A DNA stretch of 41,633 nt, taken from positions 1 to 41,633 of the forward strand of contig JAGPCY010000020.1 of assembly GCA_018057825.1 (NCBI GenBank), written 5' to 3'. The first letter of the stretch is position 1; each line of letters opens with the position of its first letter. Shown here one piece after another: positions 9,709 through 17,923 of this stretch. This DNA comes from Kofleriaceae bacterium (GTDB lineage: Bacteria > Myxococcota_A > Polyangia > Haliangiales > Haliangiaceae). Made by a program: the position numbers and the translations under genes. The notes under the pieces were generated by a model. The model worked only from the letters and a program-made list of their open reading frames with translations, was not told the DNA's origin and did no database searches.

Positions 9709-9788
9709 GGAGCGATGCGCGTGCGACGGCGCTGGAGAGGTCACGCCGACGTCGACGGGGCGGGGACCATCAGCAACATCGTCAAGCC

Positions 9789-9920
9789 ATGACCCGAATC
9801 GTCGTGCTCATCGCGATGATCGTAGGGTGCGGCAAGGGAGCCTCTGAGATGCCTACGTCTACAGCCGGAAACACGGCCGCCAACGTCGCAGCGGCCACGC
9901 CCTCGAGCGCGGCGCGGTGA
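9789..9920 (+). CDS. Putative small lipoprotein (43 aa)
   Basis: MTRIVVLIAMIVGCGKGAS signal peptide with a lipobox-like IVGC. No clear RBS. Confidence 0.3.
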   Translation: MTRIVVLIAMIVGCGKGASEMPTSTAGNTAANVAAATPSSAAR

Positions 9921-10062
9921 CGCCGTGATCGATCGGCGGAGTCTCGTTGTCGCTCGGCAGGTTCATCGCGGCACGTAGCTCATGGCGGTGCGATGGGCGC
10001 TGTCGGCGTGGGTGGCGCGCGGGAGCAGCGTACGGCTGACAGACCGCGGTATCCTCGCGGCC

Positions 10063-10332
10063 ATGAGGCAAACACTGTTGGTCGTCGTGCTTTTCGCCGC
10101 GTGTGGTGGGCCGCGCTCGACGGCGCCGGGTGGGGGCACGGCGGGGGGTGGGGATGGCAGCGGTTCGGCGACGACGGGGGGCGAGGGCGCGATCTGTGCG
10201 GTGGGCGCCCAGAACCAGGATCCGAACGCTCAGGCGGTGGCCTGCGCCGAGGGGCTCGAGTGCTGCTACCCGTGCGGCATCGAGGGCTGCGACTCGGTGT
10301 GCATGAAGGACTGCGGACCGCCGCGACCCTAG
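10063..10332 (+). CDS. Small Cys-rich lipoprotein (89 aa)
   Basis: MRQTLLVVVLFAACGG lipoprotein signal (lipobox FAAC), Gly-rich linker, then 10 Cys in 45 aa (CAVGAQ...CAEGLECCYPCGIEGCDSVCMKDC). Confidence 0.45.
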   Translation: MRQTLLVVVLFAACGGPRSTAPGGGTAGGGDGSGSATTGGEGAICAVGAQNQDPNAQAVACAEGLECCYPCGIEGCDSVCMKDCGPPRP

Positions 10333-10588
10333 GGTATCGTGAGGGGCCCGGTCGGCGGCGCAGGTTGCGCGAGCTGGGTGCCGTCGGGGGCGACCTCGAC
10401 GTTCGAAGCGCTGCAGACGCTGCGTGGCGAACAGATGCTGGAGGTCCGTGCGACGGTCGAGGAGCTCACGGCGCTGGCCTCGGACAGGAGGACGATGTGA
10501 AATAGCAGCGCCCTGGCCCGGCGGAAGGCCCGACCGCGGCGCGTTCGCCCTTGCTGTCCCATCACGTCTATTCGTCAGGGGCCCCTCC

Positions 10589-13500
10589 GTGACCACGATC
10601 AAGCAGCTCGCCGACCAGCGCGGTGTCAAGGTCACCGACGTGAAGCAGGTGCTGCGCAAGGCCTTCGCCGGCAACGAGTTCAAGTCGCCCGACTACTCGC
10701 TGTCGCCGGCGGAGGTCGCCGCGGTGATGGAGGGACTCCCGGCGCAGCTCGCCGCCCGCCGCGCGGCGCCGCGGGACGTCGCGGTCGAGCGGATCGCGGT
10801 GCCGCTCTTGGGCTGCGACGGGGTGCCGATCTCGGCGTCGACGGCGAGCCCGGCGATGCCGCAGGCCGGGGGCCGGGTGCGCCTGCTGCTCCACGGCGAC
10901 GTGATCGACTTCCTCGAGCGTGGGCGCGGCGAGGACCGGCCGCGGCAAGCGGCGGTGCAGCGCCTCCTGCGCGGGATGCTGGTCGAGGGGCGCGCGCAGC
11001 GCAGCGTGAAGGGCACGGTGGGCGTCAACCGGGGCTGGCTCCGCGCGCCGATCGGCGACAACGGCGGCTCGCACTACTACCTGTGGCACGCGCTGGCGGG
11101 CACGCCGTGTGTGGCCGCGCTCGCGCTGGGCAGGGATGAGGTCGTGGTGCGGGCGATCCGCCACCACGACGACACCAAGGTGGCGATCTCGGTGGGCGCG
11201 CGCGAGGACTACGTCGTCCTCGACGCCAGCGACTACGTGAGCCAGGTCGAGGCGGGCACCAAGGCCGCCGACTCGCTGTCCGACCCGCAGCGTCAGGCCT
11301 TCGACGCCGGCAGCTCGGTGACGATCACCAAGGGCCATCCCGGGGCGGGCAAGACCACGCTCCAGCTCGAGCGCACGCGCCGCCACGCCGGGCGGATCCT
11401 GTTTCAGACCTTCGGCGCCGCGCAGTGCGCGCAGGGGCGGCGCTGGCTCGAGACCTACGCGCCGCGCGGGCAGGTGGCGCGGGCCCTCACCCACGGCGAG
11501 GTCCTGGCCGCGCTGGCCCCGGGCCTTCCGGTGGCGCCGCCCCTCGAGCAGGCGGTGCGGTACCTGCGCCGCGCGCTCGCCCACGAGCCTCGGCTCGGCC
11601 CGTGGCGCGACCGGTGGACCGCGCTCCACGCCGAGCTGCGGGCCTGGTACTGGGGGCGGGCGCTGCCGGTCGACTTCCGCGGGGTCGACGCGATCGGCGC
11701 GGCCGCGACCGACGACGACCTCGAGCGCGGCTACCGGCGGCGACGGGACGGGGCCCTGCCGGCCGATGGGATCGACGCGGTGGTCGTGGCGGCGCGCGCG
11801 CTGTCGGCGGAGGACCGCGCGCACCTGTTCGGCGACCTCGAGGGCGCCCGGGCGGTGGCGGAGGCGCTCCTCGGCGGGGCCGATCTCCCAGCGGAGCTCC
11901 GCGACCTCGAGGCGATCTTCATCGACGAGGTCCAGGACCTGACCCTGGTCGAGGCCCTGGTCAATGTGCTGGTGGCCCGTCGCCCGGCCGCGTCGACCGG
12001 CTGTCGGCCGGCCTTCCACGTCGCTGGCGACGAAGGCCAGACCGTGCGCGCGACCGACTTCGCCTGGGGTGAGCTGAAGGACCTCATCCACGACGCGCTC
12101 GGGACCCCGACCGAGGTCGAGCTTCCGGGGAACCTGCGCTCGCCGCGGGTGATCACGCAGATCATCAACAACTCGTGGGCGCTGTACCAGGTGCTCGACA
12201 AGGGCGATCGGCCGCGGGGCGCCAGCACGGCCGAGGTCACCGAGGCGGCGATCGGCACGGTCTTGTGGGTCGACGCGGGTGGGTCGGAGGATGACGCAAC
12301 CGATGGGCCAGAGGGCGGGCCCGACGGCGGGTTGCGCGAGGTGTTCGCGGCGGCCGCCGGCCACGGCGCGACGATCCTGTATCCGGACGTGTTCGTGCCC
12401 GACGAGCTGCAGGCGCTGGCGCGAGCGACCAAGGCGACCGTGCAGGCGGCGCCCGACGCCAAGGGCCTCGACTTCCGCGTGGCCTTCGTGCTCGACGTCG
12501 GCCGACGGGCCCACGACCTGGCGACCCGACGCGGCGCGGCGCGCGACGGCGTGGCGGCGATCGAGACCCGGCTGGCGGTCGACGCGATCCGGGTCGCGCT
12601 GTCGCGCGCGACCGAGACGCTGGTCCTGGTCGAGCGCCCGCTGGCGGGGCAGGCCGAGGCGCAGCTCCGGCAGTTGTGCCAGGGCACCGACGGCCGCTTG
12701 CTCGACGGCGTCGTGACCGTGGAGCGCGGTGAGCTGGCGTCGCGCCTCGACGTCGACACCCACGATCGGGTCGAGATCGCGTCGGCGGCCCTCGAGGAGT
12801 TCGACGCGGTGGCCGGCGACGATCCGCGGCGCGCGCTCCGGGTGATGGCGCGGGCCCGCGGCTGGCTGGGCGAGACCTCGCGGGCCGGCGCGGTGCAAGG
12901 CGAGCTGCGGCGCAAGGTCTACCGGGCCCACGGCCTCGCGCTCCTGCAGGCGGCGGTGAGCTTCGCCGAGGACCGCGAGGCCCGGCTCACCCAGGCCAAC
13001 CGCGAGCTGTCGCTCGGCAAGGAGCACGAGCTGTCGCGCCTGGCCCTCGAGGTGCGCGACGCGATCGCGAGCACCGACACGCTCAAGCCGGCGGTCGCGC
13101 GCGCCACCGAGCTCGTGCGGGGCCAGCCCGAGCACGCGCGGCTCGGGTGGGCGCTCCTCGAGCTCGTCCTCGCCGAGGTCGCGCAGCGCGCCGACGCGTT
13201 CGAGCTGCGCGACTGGGACCGCGTGGTGAAGGCGCTGGAGCTGCTCGGCGGCGCTGGCGAAGCTACGCGCAACGCGGCGAGTCAGCGGTCGCAGCTCGGG
13301 CAGCGCGCCGTCACCTGGGCCGTCGCGCAGGGGCCGGGGAAGGCGACGACGACCATGGCGGTCGCGGCCCTGGCGATGATCGAGGCACCGTCGGCGATCC
13401 TGCGCGCGCAGCTCGCGGAGCGTCGCGAGGCCTGGGACGAGGCGATCTCACTCTACGACGAGGCCGGGCTGCCCCTCGAGGCCCTGCGCGTCGCCCGCGA

Positions 13501-13684
13501 TCACGACGAGTCGCCGGCCCGCGCCCTGGCCTTCGCGCGCTCCGCCGGCGCGCCGGAGGTCGGCCTGCTGGAGCGCCTGGCCCGCGTCCACGTGGACCTC
13601 GCCGCGCTGGCGCCGGCGGACCTCACGGAGAGCGAGCGGCAGAGGCTCGTCCAGTTCGCGCGCGAGCGTTTCGGGAAGCGGTGA
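10589..13684 (+). CDS. Divergent UvrD/PcrA-like SF1 helicase-family P-loop NTPase (1031 aa) with an N-terminal Rho_N/SAP-like motif and a roughly 350-aa helical Ala/Leu/Arg/Glu-rich C-terminal extension
   Basis: GTG 10589. Walker A TKGHPGAGKTTL; motif II IFIDEVQDLT; motif III HVAGDEGQTVRATDF; motif IV NLRSPRVITQI; motif VI IRVALSRATETLVLV. N-terminal TIKQLADQRGVKVTDVKQVLRK resembles Rho_N/SAP helix-extension-helix. High GC3. Confidence 0.75.
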   Translation: MTTIKQLADQRGVKVTDVKQVLRKAFAGNEFKSPDYSLSPAEVAAVMEGLPAQLAARRAAPRDVAVERIAVPLLGCDGVPISASTASPAMPQAGGRVRLLLHGDVIDFLERGRGEDRPRQAAVQRLLRGMLVEGRAQRSVKGTVGVNRGWLRAPIGDNGGSHYYLWHALAGTPCVAALALGRDEVVVRAIRHHDDTKVAISVGAREDYVVLDASDYVSQVEAGTKAADSLSDPQRQAFDAGSSVTITKGHPGAGKTTLQLERTRRHAGRILFQTFGAAQCAQGRRWLETYAPRGQVARALTHGEVLAALAPGLPVAPPLEQAVRYLRRALAHEPRLGPWRDRWTALHAELRAWYWGRALPVDFRGVDAIGAAATDDDLERGYRRRRDGALPADGIDAVVVAARALSAEDRAHLFGDLEGARAVAEALLGGADLPAELRDLEAIFIDEVQDLTLVEALVNVLVARRPAASTGCRPAFHVAGDEGQTVRATDFAWGELKDLIHDALGTPTEVELPGNLRSPRVITQIINNSWALYQVLDKGDRPRGASTAEVTEAAIGTVLWVDAGGSEDDATDGPEGGPDGGLREVFAAAAGHGATILYPDVFVPDELQALARATKATVQAAPDAKGLDFRVAFVLDVGRRAHDLATRRGAARDGVAAIETRLAVDAIRVALSRATETLVLVERPLAGQAEAQLRQLCQGTDGRLLDGVVTVERGELASRLDVDTHDRVEIASAALEEFDAVAGDDPRRALRVMARARGWLGETSRAGAVQGELRRKVYRAHGLALLQAAVSFAEDREARLTQANRELSLGKEHELSRLALEVRDAIASTDTLKPAVARATELVRGQPEHARLGWALLELVLAEVAQRADAFELRDWDRVVKALELLGGAGEATRNAASQRSQLGQRAVTWAVAQGPGKATTTMAVAALAMIEAPSAILRAQLAERREAWDEAISLYDEAGLPLEALRVARDHDESPARALAFARSAGAPEVGLLERLARVHVDLAALAPADLTESERQRLVQFARERFGKR

Positions 13685-13690
13685 GTCACC

Positions 13691-13889
13691 GGAGACCGAG
13701 GCGGAGACCGAGACCGAGGCGGAGACCGAGGCCGAGACCGAGACCGAGGCGGAGACCGAGGCGGAGACCGAGACCGAGGCGGAGACCGAGACCGAGACCG
13801 AGACCGAGGCCGAGGCCGAGGCGGAGACCGAGACCGAGACCGAGGCGGAGACGAGACCGAGGCCGAGACCGAGACCGAGGCCGAGACGC
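13691..13889. repeat. Hexanucleotide tandem repeat (GAGACC/GAGGCG/GAGGCC)n, about 32 units, with one unit carrying a 1-nt deletion near 13851
   Basis: Directly visible 6-bp periodicity from 13691 to 13889. One unit reads gagac instead of gagacc. Lies between the helicase stop (13684) and the zinc-finger gene start (13927). Confidence 0.9.
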
Positions 13890-13926
13890 GCGGCGGGCAG
13901 CGTCGGCGCGGCGACGCGCTACGGTG

Positions 13927-14109
13927 ATGGACATGGAGGACACCGCGCGCGTGCGCTGCCCGTACTGTCGTGAGTGGGTCGATCTGTACGTCGATCCGGA
14001 CTCGACCGGGGTGTGGGTCGAGGACTGCGCGGTGTGCTGTCGGCCGTGGTCGGTGATGGTCGAGCGCGGCGGCGGGAAGCTGCGGCTCCAGGTGGTGCGG
14101 GCGCAATGA
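13927..14109 (+). CDS. CPXCG-related zinc-finger protein (60 aa)
   Basis: MDMEDTARVRCPYCREWVDLYVDPDSTGVWVEDCAVCCRPWSVMVERGGGKLRLQVVRAQ matches the conserved CPxCG...EDCxVCCRP family pattern. Confidence 0.7.
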   Translation: MDMEDTARVRCPYCREWVDLYVDPDSTGVWVEDCAVCCRPWSVMVERGGGKLRLQVVRAQ

Positions 14110-14342
14110 CGGCGGCGCCGGCGGACGTGCGGCGGCTGGTGGGAACCGGGTGGACGAGCGCAGGGCCGATCGCGGGACGGCGGCACTGGGTGGTGGCGGC
14201 GGTGCGCGGCGACCAGGCTGAGCTTCGGTCGGTGCTGGCGCCGATCGCGAGCCACACCCTGGCCTGGCGCGAGCTGCGCGATCGCGCGCGCTGGCTGCCG
14301 GGCTGGCGGGTCTTGCCGCCGCCGGACGAGTCGGCGGGGTGA
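14106..14342 (+). CDS. Hypothetical protein (78 aa), translationally coupled to the zinc-finger gene
   Basis: ATG 14106 overlaps the TGA of the upstream gene (ATGA); very high GC3. Confidence 0.4.
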   Translation: MTAAPADVRRLVGTGWTSAGPIAGRRHWVVAAVRGDQAELRSVLAPIASHTLAWRELRDRARWLPGWRVLPPPDESAG

Positions 14343-14441
14343 GGGCCGGCGAACCACGACGCCGAGCTCGCGGCCGATCCATCGCGGCTGGCGGCGCGGC
14401 CTCGCGGCGAGCCAAGAGCGGCCGGTCAGGGCGGCGGGCGT

Positions 14442-14915
14442 TCAGCCCTCGCCGGTGCGGAGGAAACGCTGGATCGTGGACGCGGTCAGCTTGAAGCCCT
14501 GGCTGACCCGGCCGCGCCGCAGCGCCTCGTCGCTGGCGAGGTCGATCACCGCGAGGATCGCGTGGGGGTCGTCGTCGTCGAGGGCTACGTCGAGGTCGGC
14601 GCGGACCCGGGCGCCAGCGTCGGTGGTGAAGGTCAGCGTGCGATGGAGCGCGGCGCGCGCGGCCTGCTCGTGGCGGAGCAGCACCTCGCTGGCGGTCTTG
14701 ACCAGGGTGGCGAAGGCGCTGGCGTCGAGGGGCTTGGGGTTGCGCTTGTCGCGGCCCATGGTCCATGGGCCGACCAGGGCCGGCTCACTATCGCCGATGC
14801 GGGTCATGGCCACGGCCCAGCCGTCGTCATCCTCGTTCTTCTGCACCTGCGCGATCCAGCCGGCCTTGCGCCAGCGGGTCGGCTCGGTGATCTCGTCGTC
14901 GCTCGTCGGGTTCAT
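14442..14915 (-). CDS. Hypothetical protein (157 aa)
   Basis: Very high GC3 in the minus-strand frame; Asp/Glu/Lys-containing composition unlike antisense artefacts. No recognisable domain. Confidence 0.5.
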   Translation of the reverse strand: MNPTSDDEITEPTRWRKAGWIAQVQKNEDDDGWAVAMTRIGDSEPALVGPWTMGRDKRNPKPLDASAFATLVKTASEVLLRHEQAARAALHRTLTFTTDAGARVRADLDVALDDDDPHAILAVIDLASDEALRRGRVSQGFKLTASTIQRFLRTGEG

Positions 14916-14993
14916 CGCGGCACCGTAGCCCGGCCCTGTGACGCTCGCCGCGGCAGTGGTCGGTGATGCGGGCGTCGTGGCCCCGCGACCTCG

Positions 14994-15851
14994 TCAGGCC
15001 ATCGCGGCGAGCTTGGCCGGGTTGCGCTGGATCCACAGCGCGTGGATCCGCTCGCCATCGACCTCCAGGCCGTAGACGGTCGTGAGCCGGTCGCCCTCGT
15101 GGAGCGCGACGCCCGGCTCGCCGTTGACCCAGCAGACCTGGGCCGCGACGGCGCCCTGCGAGCGTCGCAGGTCGGCGATCACGGCGGCGAGGAAGGCCGC
15201 GATCACGTCACCGCCGGCCAGGGGCGCGCTGGTCTTGACGCGGCCGCCGCCGTCAGCGACCAGGATCGCGTCGTGGGTCAGCACCGCCTTCAGCCGCTCC
15301 AGGTCACCGGTCTCCAGGGCCTCGGCGAACGCCTGCACGACCGCCTGGTGCGCGGTCGGGTCGGCCTTGAACCTCGGGCGCCCGTCGCGCGCCGCCACCC
15401 GGGCGCGGGATGCCAGCTTGCGGCAGGCCTCGGGTGAGCGCTCGAGGATGACGGCTATGGCCTCGAAGTCGTAGTCGAACACGTCGTGCAGCAGGAGCGC
15501 GGCGCGCTCGAGGGGGGACAGCCGCTCCAGCGCGACCAGGAGCGCGAGCGAGATCGCCTCTTGCCGCTCGCCCGGGCCGGCGCCGTCGAAGGCCTCGACG
15601 ATGGGCTCGGGTAGCCATGGGCCGACGTAGGACTCGCGGCGCGCCCGCGCCAGGTTGAGCTGGTTGATCGCCAGGCGGGTACACACCGTGGTGAGCCACG
15701 CGCGGGGCGACGCGATCTGCGACGCGTCGACGCGGGTCCAGCGCAGGTGGGTCTCCTGCACCACGTCTTGCGCCTCGGCCAGGGAGCCGAGCATGCGGTA
15801 CGCGATGCGCTCCAGGGTTCGGCGGTGTTCCTCGAAGACCGGGTCCAGCAT
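14994..15851 (-). CDS. ECF41-family RNA polymerase sigma factor (sigma-70 regions 2 and 4 plus a C-terminal SnoaL/NTF2-like extension)
   Basis: Region 2 DVVQETHLRW; region 4 LSPLERAALLLHDVFDYDFEAIAVILERSPEACRKLASRAR. The ECF41 hallmark YVGPWLPEP is present, as are DGGGRVKT and C-terminal NPAKL motifs. ATG at 15851, 1 nt after the upstream stop. Confidence 0.85.
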   Translation of the reverse strand: MLDPVFEEHRRTLERIAYRMLGSLAEAQDVVQETHLRWTRVDASQIASPRAWLTTVCTRLAINQLNLARARRESYVGPWLPEPIVEAFDGAGPGERQEAISLALLVALERLSPLERAALLLHDVFDYDFEAIAVILERSPEACRKLASRARVAARDGRPRFKADPTAHQAVVQAFAEALETGDLERLKAVLTHDAILVADGGGRVKTSAPLAGGDVIAAFLAAVIADLRRSQGAVAAQVCWVNGEPGVALHEGDRLTTVYGLEVDGERIHALWIQRNPAKLAAMA

Positions 15852-15852
15852 G

Positions 15853-16854
15853 TCAGGCGCTCGGGTTGGACATGAGCACGGCGAACCGCCACCCGGCGCG
15901 GGTGCGCCGGAAGACGTGCGTGTACTTCTGCACGGCGGCGAAGACCCCGGTGGCGGTCGCGGTCGAACTCTCGACGTGCTGGAGCCCGATCTCGTAGGCG
16001 AAGTCGCCGTGGATGACGGTCGCCAGCGGGGTCTTGTCGAAGCGCCGGATGGTGCCGCGCGCGAAGATCTCGCGCTCGCAAGCGACGAACGCGGTGTGGC
16101 CATGGACCCGCGGAACGCCCGGCACGAGCAGCTCGATGTCCTCAGTACACAGCGCCGCGTAGGCGACCGCGTCGCCGGCGATGATCGCTCGGCCCTGCGC
16201 GACCCGGAGCGACGCGATCGCGGCCCGGTCGACCGCGTCGCCGGCGGCGGCGTCGTCGTCCCCGGGATCGTCGGCATCCCACAGCGTCTCAGCCGCGCGC
16301 TGCGCAGCCGCCACCCGGTCGCCGGGCTCCTGGGTGCCTGCGATCGCGAGCGCGGTCACGCGTGGCCAGCCGACGAAGGCGAGCGCGGTCCTGACGAAGC
16401 GCACCAGGTCGGCCGCGGCGGGATCGTCGGGTTGGGCCCCGCCGCGCGCGAGCACCAAGACCGCCCGACGGCCGGACAGCAGGGGACGGAACTCGCCGGC
16501 GATCGAATGGAAGGTCTGCCCAGCGCGGATGATGTGATCGAACCACGCCTTCAGGGTCGAAGGGGGGCCGAAGTTGTAGAGCGGCGTGCTGATGAGGAGG
16601 TCCGTCGCGGCGCGCAGCTCATCGATGGCCTGATCCGAGTAGCGGACGCTGGTCGCGCCGGGCTCGCCGAAGGACTCGTAGGTGGGTTGGTCCAGGTGGG
16701 CCGGTGGCGCCAGGGCGAGGTCGCGCACGCGCACCTGGCCCTCGGGGTGCCGGTGTCGCCACTGCGTTTCGACCTGGTCGGCGACGGCCCGGGAGGCTGA
16801 GTTCTGGGTGCGCATGCTCGCGTCGATGCGGAGGAGGGTGGTCTTGGCGTTCAT
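15853..16854 (-). CDS. azoR: FMN-dependent NAD(P)H azoreductase (AzoR-like flavodoxin fold) fused to a C-terminal NTF2-like (SnoaL_2/DUF4440-type) domain
   Basis: N-terminal roughly 200 aa align to AzoR (MNAKTTLLRIDASMRTQNSASRAV...ISTPLYNFGPPSTLKAWFDHIIRAGQTF...LVLARGG). The C-terminal roughly 120 aa are NTF2-like. Alternative ATG at 16890. Confidence 0.8.
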   Translation of the reverse strand: MNAKTTLLRIDASMRTQNSASRAVADQVETQWRHRHPEGQVRVRDLALAPPAHLDQPTYESFGEPGATSVRYSDQAIDELRAATDLLISTPLYNFGPPSTLKAWFDHIIRAGQTFHSIAGEFRPLLSGRRAVLVLARGGAQPDDPAAADLVRFVRTALAFVGWPRVTALAIAGTQEPGDRVAAAQRAAETLWDADDPGDDDAAAGDAVDRAAIASLRVAQGRAIIAGDAVAYAALCTEDIELLVPGVPRVHGHTAFVACEREIFARGTIRRFDKTPLATVIHGDFAYEIGLQHVESSTATATGVFAAVQKYTHVFRRTRAGWRFAVLMSNPSA

Positions 16855-16914
16855 ACCGACGAGACCGGGCGACCGCGCCGGGTGTGACATCCTTCGACCG
16901 CGCGTCTGCCGATT

Positions 16915-17000
16915 GGTGGGCCGCGCTCGACGGCGCCCGGCGGGGGCCCGGCGGGCAGCGGCGACGGTAGCGGCGCGGCGGCGACGGGCGGCGAGGGCGC
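16915..17000 (+). repeat. Degenerate duplicate (about 80% identity over about 85 nt) of the signal/linker-coding 5' part of the lipoprotein gene at 10063..10332; intergenic gene relic
   Basis: 16915-17000 ggtgggccgcgctcgacggcgcc... aligns with 10105-10190; the first 23 nt are identical. In frame it would read GGPRSTAPGGGPAGSGDGSGAAATGGEGA (compare CGGPRSTAPGGGTAGGGDGSGSATTGGEGA), but no start codon or signal peptide precedes it. Confidence 0.5.
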
Positions 17001-17200
17001 TGCGACTCGGCGTGTACAGCGGACTGCGGTCTGCCGCGGTCGTAGGGGCGCGGTGGCCGGCGATGCGCAGTTCGCGTGCGCGCGATGCGCATCGTGACCC
17101 CGCTTCGCGCAACCGGCCAAGCGGGGTGGCCCCTGGGCGGCCACGGGGTGGAGCGTGCGTCTGGGCCCGGATGTTGCGAAGGCGTTCGGTCGGAGGATCC

Positions 17201-17806
17201 ATGTCCACGACCATTCGTTCAGCGTTCGCCCTCACACTCTCTCTCTCGGCCCTGGCTGCCTGCGCGGTCGAGGAGGTCGACTCGGCCGCCCTCGGTGTGG
17301 CCGAGGGTGACCTGCGGGCAGGGACGCCGCGCTGTCATCTGGCGTGCAGCCCGACGACGAGTTGTGGTCTCGCGTGCGTCGACTTCGAGGGGATCCCGAT
17401 GACCTGCGAGGTCTGGGGCGTCTGCGGTGGGTTCGACGGCGACGGCGACGGGCTGACGTCGGAGCAGGACAACTGCCCGCTCGACTACAACCCCGACCAG
17501 GCCGACTGCGACGGCGACGGGCGCGGCGACGTGTGTGACGCCAACAGCGGCAACTACCAGGTGGTCAACGACGTGGCCTGCTACAACGACGAGGACGGCT
17601 TCCCGCTCTGGGGCACGATCGAGTTCTACCATCGCCGCGAGCTGGTCGACGTCAGCGCCTGCGGTGGAGCGCCCCGGAGCGAGGTTTACCTGCGCGGTGA
17701 GAATAGCTGCTTCAACTTGTCGCCCTACGACTGCTGCGTCACCGGGACCTTCGATCCGGCCGAGCGGGCGCTGTGCGGGCTCATCGGTCAGAACTTCTGC
17801 GACTGA
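17201..17806 (+). CDS. Cys-rich lipoprotein with thrombospondin type-3-like calcium-binding repeats
   Basis: GGAGGA 4-5 nt upstream of ATG 17201. Signal MSTTIRSAFALTLSLSALAAC (lipobox LAAC). TSP3-like DGDGDGLTSEQDNCPLDYNPDQADCDGDGRGDVCD. Confidence 0.65.
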   Translation: MSTTIRSAFALTLSLSALAACAVEEVDSAALGVAEGDLRAGTPRCHLACSPTTSCGLACVDFEGIPMTCEVWGVCGGFDGDGDGLTSEQDNCPLDYNPDQADCDGDGRGDVCDANSGNYQVVNDVACYNDEDGFPLWGTIEFYHRRELVDVSACGGAPRSEVYLRGENSCFNLSPYDCCVTGTFDPAERALCGLIGQNFCD

Positions 17807-17923
17807 CAGGGCTCGCTTCGGGTGGAGCACGTGCGGAACGACTGACTAGAGCGCGGCGAGGTGCGACGGTGAACCGCGGGGGCGGCGACGGGTGGAGGAG
17901 CGAGGGCGTGGTACGAGGAGTGG

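Noticed and set aside
9009-9920. 303-aa plus-strand ORF spanning the McrC 3' end
   Set aside because: Out of frame with McrC over most of its length and Arg/Gly-rich. Only its last 44 codons (a small lipoprotein-like ORF from ATG 9789) are plausible.
10568-13135. 855-aa minus-strand ORF and nested ORFs 11731..12915 and 11425..12072
   Set aside because: Antisense or out-of-frame to the UvrD-like helicase gene, which has ordered helicase motifs I-VI in the plus frame.
13691-13889. Possibility that the hexamer array is a CRISPR array
   Set aside because: Units are 6 bp with no spacers; this is a microsatellite-type tandem repeat, not repeat-spacer architecture.
15655-16800. 381-aa plus-strand ORF
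   Set aside because: Antisense to the sigma-factor and azoreductase genes. No motifs.
16682-17806. Full-length 374-aa ORF
   Set aside because: The N-terminal 173 codons overlap the azoR start region and are Arg-rich. Only the C-terminal portion from ATG 17201 (RBS, signal peptide, TSP3 repeats) is credible.
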